Below, in pieces: positions 56,242 to 64,000 of a stretch of 64,000 bases of DNA. The DNA comes from Cyanophora paradoxa CCMP329 (Eukaryota > Plantae > Glaucophyta): the NCBI GenBank assembly GCA_004431415.1, contig QPMI01000208.1:80400-144399 (forward strand), in the 5' to 3' direction. Made by a program: the position numbers and the translations under genes. The first letter of the stretch is position 1, and the number at the start of each line of letters is the position of its first letter. Under the pieces are notes generated by a model. It worked only from the letters and a program-made list of their open reading frames with translations, was not told the origin of the DNA and did no database searches.

Positions 56242-58409
56242 GCGGCAGCCGGGGCCGCGCCCGCCCCCGCTCTACGTGTATAGATCTAGACACACACGCA
56301 CCCCGAGCTCGATCGCGAGGCGGCCGTCCGCAACCATCGCGATCGGATCTTGCGTTCCGACTAGGCCTCTCTTTTTAGCTTCGAATTCCTGTCTCTTCGA
56401 TTAGCTTGTCACAGTGTTGTCTGTTTTTGCAGCAGCCAAGTTTTGATGCTCAGGCTAGGCTCGGTGAGTCGCGCTCTGATCATGAACGGTTCAGTTTTCC
56501 TTTTCTGAATGTCACGCACGGCGTTGTGGTCTCAGAGTCTAGCCTGTAGTTTTTGTCATCTGCATAGAATTCGAACCCTTTCAGAATCGAGCTGTACTCT
56601 AGTACCGTATTCGTAGTACAGTATTTTTCATCAATCAATTGCAACTTGGCAATGCATGCTTTTCTTTGCAATAGCAACTTTTCTGCATGACTCTAGTATA
56701 TGTAGCGCATCTTCCGCTTGTCCGTATGAAAGATCGATGTATACGCTCTTGCGATTTGCAGTCGCATGGTTTTTTGGGGGGCTTCAATTCCGAAGTTCCC
56801 TTGCCGAAGTAATTGTGTCCCGTCAGTTCATATCGGTATACGTAGTATAAACCAATCGATGATAATTTCGCCCGCCCGCAATATTTATGCATGTGCCGTA
56901 GTAGTACTAGTACTACGGTACTAGTAGTGCATGTTCAACTTGCAATTACGTAGTTGGTATAAATAGGACACATGTACATGGATAGATTCTTTTTATAGCT
57001 AGCTATAGCGCTTTATATAGCTAACGCTAGCTATACTATGATATAGCGTCCCTATTTATATTCGCTTTCCTGCCAGGCTGTTTACATATGTAGTATCCGG
57101 ACGTTGACATCTGCAGCATTAGTAGTTGCTGCAAAAAGCTTCATATGCATTGCATATGCTAAGCCTATTAATATTGTTATTGATCATGACAGCTTAGTGT
57201 TATATATATGTGCGAGCGTTGATATTTCCATTGCAATTGTACCGTACTACGGTAGTACCGTGCATTAGATCGTGACAGTCACTGAGTGTGCATGAAACGA
57301 AGTTGCGCGCAGCTTTACTGAGTAACCTTAGCTATATATTAATTGAGCTCGCAAATCGGAAATCATACTTCAAGCAACAACGTTAACCTGTGTAACTGAA
57401 TTTGAAGGCGGGGGGCCGGGGGGCGGACCTTAAGCTTAACCTGTCGTGTACATGTCGCCGTGACATCACTATAGCTAGTCGACGTCCTGCCAGGCTGATC
57501 CGATGATCACTAATTGTACGTATACTATGATACGTATACCATACGTATACCGTGGGAAACGCATGCATGCGCACGCGCACGTGTATACACGTACGCGTGT
57601 GTATATACGGATACTATGATACGCGTACGTAGAACCAGTGCCACGGTGTTATAATATTAGTGATCGCGATTACATATATAAATATATATAAATTCACGCA
57701 CCCGACTCGGCGACTCCGAGGCTTGGCGACGCTGTCGAAATTTGAGTTCGAGGCGCCCGCGACCCGGCGCGGCCCGCGGCCGGCGCCGGCGCCGCGGCCG
57801 GCGGGGCTCGAGCTCCGGATCCGCGTGAGTCCGACGACCGTCTTCAATCGCGAATTCATATTCATGATCATGATCATTTGTCGAGGACTATATAAATAGC
57901 TAGCTAGCGACGGATGCCATGCATATGATTCGAATTTGGAGCGTCAGAGGATAGCGAGGGGTCGACGTCTTCCGCCGCCTTGGAGCGCGTCCGGCCAATT
58001 GCAACGGTCACCCGCGTTCCCCCGTCCCCCTCCCCCACCCGGCCCACCACCACGTGCACCCACCCCCGATCGCGATCTCCCGATGCGCAGGTATTGCTGG
58101 GGACTGGTATCATTGGGATACAGGTACAGACCAGGGGTACAGGTCTACAGGGACTCGGGACAATGGGACTATATGCCTACTGCACCACAGGCGCCACCCC
58201 TCCAACCCCAGGCGCAAGAGGCGCGCCCCTCCGTTCTTGTGCGCATGCATTGCCTCGACAAGCCACGCAGCACTATAGACAGGGCTCCAGGCGCAGCGCT
58301 AGCCGCCGTGGGACGAGCCAAGGGGCCGCCGGAAAACAAAAAACGGGAGCGGGCGGGCGGGGCGTGAAGCTGCGGGGGAGGGATGCGCGGGGCCGGGGTG
58401 CGGCGGGGG

Positions 58410-61400
58410 CTAGACGGAGGAGCGGGCGGAGGGCCCGGCAGGCCCGCCCATGGCCTGCGCGCGGAGAGCGTGGGCCATGATGCCGCCCACCAGCGTCAGC
58501 ATCATCTTCGGCTTGACCTGCCCCCATCCCGCCTCAGCATGATGCCCGGGGGAGGCGCGGGGGTCGGGCCGGGGGCGGGGGCGGGCCTGGACGATGTCCT
58601 CCCAGACGCAGAAGACGGAGACGCCGAGGCGCCTCGCCACGCTGATCACGTACTTCGCGTTCCCCATCCGCTCCTCGTCTGCCCGCCCCTCAGCCGTGGA
58701 GGAGGGGCCGGCGGGGCGGGGCGGGGCGGGGCGGGGCGGGCGGGCCGTTGTCGCCCGGGGTGACGTAGTCCCAGTTGACGGCGCGGGGCTCGGTCGAGGC
58801 GAGGAGGTCGAGCAGGAAGCGCCCGTTCTTCAGCGTCGGGTCCTGCCCGCCCACGAGCGATAAGGGGGCGCCCGGGGGGGGGGGGGGGGGGGGGGGGGGG
58901 TGGTCTGCGCGCCTTGAAGCTCGCCATCTGCGTGCGCTTGCCCGACTTGACGACCTGCGGGTGGCGTCAGCTCGGAGGGGCGCGGCCTCGCGTGGGCGGG
59001 GCCGGCGCGCGCCTGCGAGTTGGCCCACGCGATGAGGTCCTTCTCCTCCGCCCGCCGCCCGTCCACCGAGATCGAGCGCCTGCCCCCAGGCCGCCCTTCA
59101 GGCCCCGGCACCCGAGCCGCGCCCGCCGGCGGGGGCGGCGCGCACAGCACGGAGAGGGTGTGGTGCCGCATGATCTGCCACACGACGGCTGCGCGGGGGT
59201 CAGCGCCTCCGGCGCGACGACGAGGCTCGGGGCGGGGCGGGGCGGGCCGAGGGTGAGGAGGAGGTTGCCGTCGGTGATGTCGGAGCCCTGGACGCCCACG
59301 AGGCTGAAGCCGTGCCGCTTCCCGATCTCCACCTGCCAGAGGCGCGCCTCGACCGGGCGGGGGCGACGAAGGCGGGGCGGGGCGGGGCGGGGCGGGGGGG
59401 CGGAGGGCGGAGACGGACCACCTGGTTGCAGTTCTCGATGGCCTTGAAGCGGCCGAGGGGCAGGGGCCCCGTGCTGACCCGCCGCCAGTCTACCGCCCCG
59501 GGCTCCATCACCTGCGGCCCCGCCCCCGCGCTCGGCGCGGGGGGGAGGGGCGGGGCGAGGGGTGGCCCGCACGCGGTCCATGGCGCGGAGGAGGATGATG
59601 CCGTCGCGCAGGTCTCCCCCGAGGTCCGTCACGTACTCCTCCAGCCCCAGCCCGTTGATCCAGATGCGGAACGCTGCGCCCCCGCCCAGGCCTCAGGGCT
59701 GGGGGCACGCGCGGTGGCGGGGGCGCCCCGGGCGCACCGCGCTCCTCGCGGGAGCCCTCCGAGTCCTCGTCCTTCAGCATCTCCGCCGCCGCGAAGCTGC
59801 CGCCCCGGGGCCGCCCCTCAGGGGCGGCGGGGGGCGGTGGGGCGGGGGCGGGGGCACCGCTCCTCGACGGTGGCCGGCTCGAGGCCCGGGCGCTCGTTGA
59901 AGATGGTCGCCACGAAGCCGAGGTTCAGCCGCGGGTGGCCCTGCCCCGCCCCCCGCCGCCCCTCGCTCGCCTGGGCACGGGCGGGCGGGGCCGGAGCGCC
60001 GCGCGCACGGAGGCGATGGTGAAGGCGGAGACGAACTTGCGGCAGCGGATCTTGTCCGCCTGCTTCAGCACCGCCTCCCCCCTGCCGAGCCACCGCCCCT
60101 CACCCGCCCCGACCGCGCGGCGCCCGAGGAGGGGCCGGGGCGGGCGGACCGCTCGACGGGGTCGCGGAGCTTGAGGGGGTCGAGGTTGCAGCCGTCCCGC
60201 CGCCCCACCTGGTTCAGCAGCACCGTGTAGATCTCCCCGTCCTGCGCGCGCGCCGTCGGCCCCCGCGGGGGCGCGGGCGGCGGGGCGGGGGCGGCAGCGG
60301 CGCGCACGCGGACGTCCTGGGAGAAGTTGTTGAGGCGCCGCTGCGAGCCGGCCGCCCGGAGATGGTACTGCCGCCCCCCAGAGCTCAGCCGGGAGCCCCG
60401 GCGCGGGGCGGGGCGGGGGCGAGGGCGGCCGGCGCACGTTGACCCAGCGGCGGAGGACGACCTCGGGCGGCAGCTTCTTCAGGTCCGCGATCGTCTCCCC
60501 CTCCTCCAGCTGGAGGTACCGCCTCAGGTGGAACGGGGGGGGGGGAGAAGAGAGGGGAACGCGCCAGCCGGACGAGCTCGGGGTGCTCCTTGAGGGAGAC
60601 CGGGGCCAGCACCTCGGCCTTCGCGTGCCCGCTCAGCGCCCCCCCGAAGGGCGCTTCGAGGGGCGGTGAGGGGGTACCTGGATGATCTGCCAGAGCAGGC
60701 CGAGGACGAGGTGGACCTGCGCGGGGGCGGTTGTCGGCGGGGCGGGGTGGGGGTACGCCGGGGCCGTGGGGGTACGCGAACCTTGTGCTCGATGAAGTCG
60801 CCGGCGCCGATGTTGACGACGTTGCAGCCGATGGCGCGGGCCGAGTTGATGGCGAGGTTCAGGTTCTGGGGGGCGGGGCGGCCGTCAGGCCGGCAGGGGC
60901 GCGCGGGGGCGGCGAGGGCACCTCGGTCTGCTGGAAGATGGTGCGCGCCGGCTTGTTGATGTCGCGCCGCTCGTCGATCGTGCCCGGCGCCGCCTTGTTG
61001 ATCATCTTGCTGCGCGCGGCGTGGGCGGGGCCGGCTACGCAAACCACGCGGGCGCGGGCGGGCGGGCGGGCGGGGCGGACCAGATGAGGATGCCGTCCTG
61101 GAGCTTCTTGAAGAGGTCCATGCTCTTGGGGTCGAGGGGGAGGTGCTGGCGGAGGTCCGGGTCGTTCCTGAAGCTCGCGTTCACGTGGTCCTGACCCCGC
61201 CCGCCCCACTCAGCCCCGCCCCGTCGCACGCCCCCACCGCCCGCCGCCGCACCGCGAAAGCCTCCTTCTCCTCATCTGCGGGCGCCGAGTGAGAAGGTCG
61301 GCGGACACATGCGCGCTCACTGGCGGCGCACCGGCGAACGAGTGCTGCGCTCCAGATTCGGAAGCGACCTGCGTAGCGGCCGAGTGAGGCGCGAGGCGAG

Positions 61401-61607
61401 GGACACAAGTGTGGTTGCGGCGGTCGGTCGATGTGGTCGGCAGCCCGCACTTTCTGGACGGTCGATCTGGTCGTCGAGTAGACCTATGCCGCACCGAGTT
61501 AGCAAGATAACTGTGCGGCGGCGGCGGGCGGCGGCCGGCAGGCCGCCGGCGGCTGAGCTGGGCGCGCTGACCTTTTGGATCCCAAGGCTGGGCCGGTTCG
61601 GATCCAT
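58410..61607 (-). CDS. Fimbrin/plastin (four calponin-homology domains), many exons
   Basis: HSF|DEEKEAF, DLFKKLQDGILI, APGTIDER, NLNLAINSARAIGCNVVNIG, HLVLGLLWQII, SLKEHPELVRL, LNLGFVATIFN, EGSREER|FRIWIN, AIENCNQ, NAKYVISVARRLG, VKPKMMLT. Confidence 0.93.
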
Positions 61608-61706
61608 TTGACAGAGCGAAGAGCCGAGGACGTAAATCGCCGCAGCAGGACGTACGGATCTCAAGAAGTCTGGTCGCTTCCGGGTACCGCAAAACCGTCC
61701 AGCTCG

Positions 61707-63341
61707 ATGGCGTTCGTGGCCCCCTCCCCGGCGATTCGTACGCAGTCGGCCAGCTTTGCTGTGCCGGCAGCTGCCGTCTCTGTCCGGCCCACCGTCCGGC
61801 CGGCCGCGCTGGTTCGTCAGCGCAGTATCCGCTCAGCCGGCAGCGTGCGCGGCAACCAATTTTGGCGCCCTCGCAGGCACGAGATTTCATCGGAACGCGT
61901 CAGGAGGCCGCGCGCCGGTTCTTCGGCTCCAGCACTTTCCAGGCCTCGGCGGCGCCGCGCGTGGCGCCGCGCTTCTCGGTCAACGCGGAGGCGAAGGTCA
62001 TTCTTTACGCGGCCCCGAAGAGCCGCAGCGCCCTCGTCGCTTGGTATCTCGATGGTGATCTGCCGGCCGGCGTTGTGCAGCGCGCGCACTGGCCGCGGCC
62101 GCTGACGGAGCGGCGCAGAGCTGAACGTGCCTCACGAGATCAAGACCATCAACCTCCAGGCGCGTCTCCGCGTCGGCGCACCGACGCTCGCTCCGCCCGC
62201 GCGCCCGCCGCGCCCTCACAGATGCACACCGCGCGGGGCGCAGGAAGCGGAGCACAAGGGCGATGCGTTCAAGTCCGTCAACGTGCGCCCCTCGGCTGCA
62301 GGCTCCTTTGAAGTCCCGCCCCGCTGACCCCGCCCCCCGACTCGCGCGCGCAGCCCTTCCAGGTTCGGGGATGGATGCGAGGGGGCGCGAGGGGCGACTC
62401 GGGGAGGGGCGGGGGGGCAGGGACGGGTGGGGCTGACGGCGGGGCGGGGAGCAGAAGATCCCGGCGATCACGGTCGAGGAGGACGGCAAGCGCTTCGACC
62501 TCTTCGAGTCGGGGGCCATCCTCGTGCGCCCCGGGGCCCCGGGGCCTTGCCCCGCCCCGCCGGGGCGGGGCCCGGCTCGAGGCGGGCGGGGGCGTGCGAC
62601 GGGTCCCGGGCGCGCAGACGTACCTTGCCCAGAAGTTCGACAAGAACGTGAAGACCCCCGAGCAGGTCGCCGACGTCAACAAGGCCCGCCCCGCCCCGCC
62701 CCGCCTGCGCCGCCCCCCGAGCTCCTCTGCGCCCGTGGCCCGACGCCGGGGCGCAGTGGGTGATCTTCGCGAACGCGAGCCTCTCGGTGCGGGGGGCGGG
62801 GCGGGGGCAGCGGGGCCGGGGCCGACGCGCGTGGCGGGCAGGTGGGGCTCTTCATGGAGGCGACGCGGGAGCGGGCGATGCCGGGCCTCATGGGGCCCCT
62901 CGAGGAGATCCTCTCCAAGCAGCCCTGGCTCCTCGGCAGTCCGCCCCCGCCCCCCGCCCGCCCCCCGCCCGCCCCGCCCGGCACCGACCCGGCGCCCCGC
63001 AGACGAGATCTCGGCCGCCGACGTGGCCGTCGTCTCCTACCTGTGCGCCCCACCCGCCCCCGCCTCCTCGGGGCCCCCGAGGCGACTCTCGCTCGCAGGT
63101 ACCTCCTCCCCATGATGATCCCCACCCTCGACTTCTCCGCGTACCCCAAGGGTTCGCCCCCCCCTCCTCTTCCCCTTTCTGCTAGCTGTACCCCCCGCCG
63201 ACCATGCTCCGCAGTGCAGGAGTACGTGAAGCGGGCGACGGAGCGGGAGGCCTTCAAGAAGTGCGCGCGCGCGCCCCTGCCCTCCAGCGCGCGCCTTGGC
63301 CGAGCGCGCGCCCCCGCCGCAGGACCATCGGCAACCGCTGA
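61707..63341 (+). CDS. Glutathione S-transferase (cyanobacterial-type) with plastid transit peptide
   Basis: MAFVAPSPAIRTQSASFAVPAAAVS... leader, then LYAAPKSRSALVAWYLD|ELNVP, NPFQ|KIPAI, LFESGAIL, WVIFANASL, ILSKQPWLLG, SAADVAV and EREAFKKTIGNR*. Confidence 0.88.
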
Positions 63342-63489
63342 GCGCGCCTCCCCGGGGCGCTCGGCCTGGCTGGCCTCGTCCTCGTCCCTCCCCCGCCTTG
63401 CTTGCTCGGCGACTCGGCGGCGTTAATTTGACACTGTTCACGCGCGCACTCGATTGGGGCGAGCCGCACGGGGCACGCGAAGACGCGCC

Positions 63490-64000
63490 TCAGCGGGCGG
63501 GGGCGGGGGCCGGCGGGGGCCGCCGAGCGAGGGGGCTCGAGGAGCCGCCGATGCGGGCCAGCAGGGCCCTCAGGGCCCCCCCTGGCCCCTTGCCGCCCGC
63601 CCCTGGGGCCCCGCCTGCCGCCGGCGCGGCGGGGGCCCTGTCCGCTGCGACGGCGGCCTCGTCGGCGGCGGCGCGGGCGGCGCGGACGCGCTCGAGGCGG
63701 CAGCGACGGCCGGCTCCCGGGGCGCCCGGGCGCGAAGACCTGCGCCCCGCGGGCCCCCGTGAGCGCGTCGGAGGGGCGCCGGCTGCGGGGCGGGGCCGGG
63801 CGGACGGCGAGGCGGGGAGGAGGCCGGGCGGGTGGAGCGGGCGGCGAGGGCGTCGAGGGCGGGGCGAGGTCGGCGCCGGGCCAGGCCTCGTGGCACGCCA
63901 GCTGCACCCGCACCCGCCCCGGCAGCTCCGCCAGCGCCGCCAGCAGCTCGCCTGCCGCCCCAGGCGTCGGCGTCGGGCGGCGAGGGGCGGGGCGGGCGGG
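63490..64000 (-). CDS. 3' end of an unidentified gene entering from the right edge
   Basis: Exon-like GELLAALAELPGRVRVQLACHEAWPG between typical C-rich/GCAG introns. No family recognised. Confidence 0.35.
   Translation of the reverse strand, partial: PPAPPLAARRRRLGRQASCWRRWRSCRGGCGCSWRATRPGPAPTSPRPRRPRRPLHPPGLLPASPSARPRPAAGAPPTRSRGPAGRRSSRPGAPGAGRRCRLERVRAARAAADEAAVAADRAPAAPAAGGAPGAGGKGPGGALRALLARIGGSSSPLARRPPPAPAPAR

Noticed and set aside
58874-58900. Poly-G run as a special element
   Set aside because: It lies in a fimbrin intron where C-rich tracts are the norm, and homopolymer length is unreliable.
1-64000. tRNA or rRNA genes
   Set aside because: No cloverleaf or conserved rRNA motifs were recognised by eye; tRNAscan-SE/Infernal would be needed to exclude them.

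Overview
Very GC-rich eukaryotic nuclear DNA with many short (~50-90 nt) spliceosomal introns, a notable share with GC donors. A transit-peptide-bearing D-Ala-D-Ala ligase and a cyanobacterial-type GST with an MAFV- transit peptide point to a glaucophyte such as Cyanophora (inference). Gene-dense ends: ddl, a SAM methyltransferase, a GT1 glycosyltransferase, an RFI2-like RING E3 and a P4-ATPase at 1-14.1 kb; an RWP-RK factor, fimbrin, GST and a partial gene at 54.4-64 kb. Between them is a ~40-kb mobile-DNA block. It holds (i) a 3.3-kb long-TIR element whose empty site is duplicated next to a 76-bp perfect palindrome; (ii) a young 20.5-kb Ty3/gypsy LTR retrotransposon with a Gag extended into a ~3,400-aa protein carrying RGG and RS regions, an antisense intron-containing BAH-domain gene and an RHH-like gene between gag and pol; (iii) nested hAT and TA-targeting MITEs; (iv) three nested Helitron-like elements carrying a ~148-149-bp internal satellite. 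Paralog comparisons show a pervasive pattern of small palindrome-forming insertions in non-coding DNA. Gene models were assembled by eye, so internal exon boundaries are approximate.
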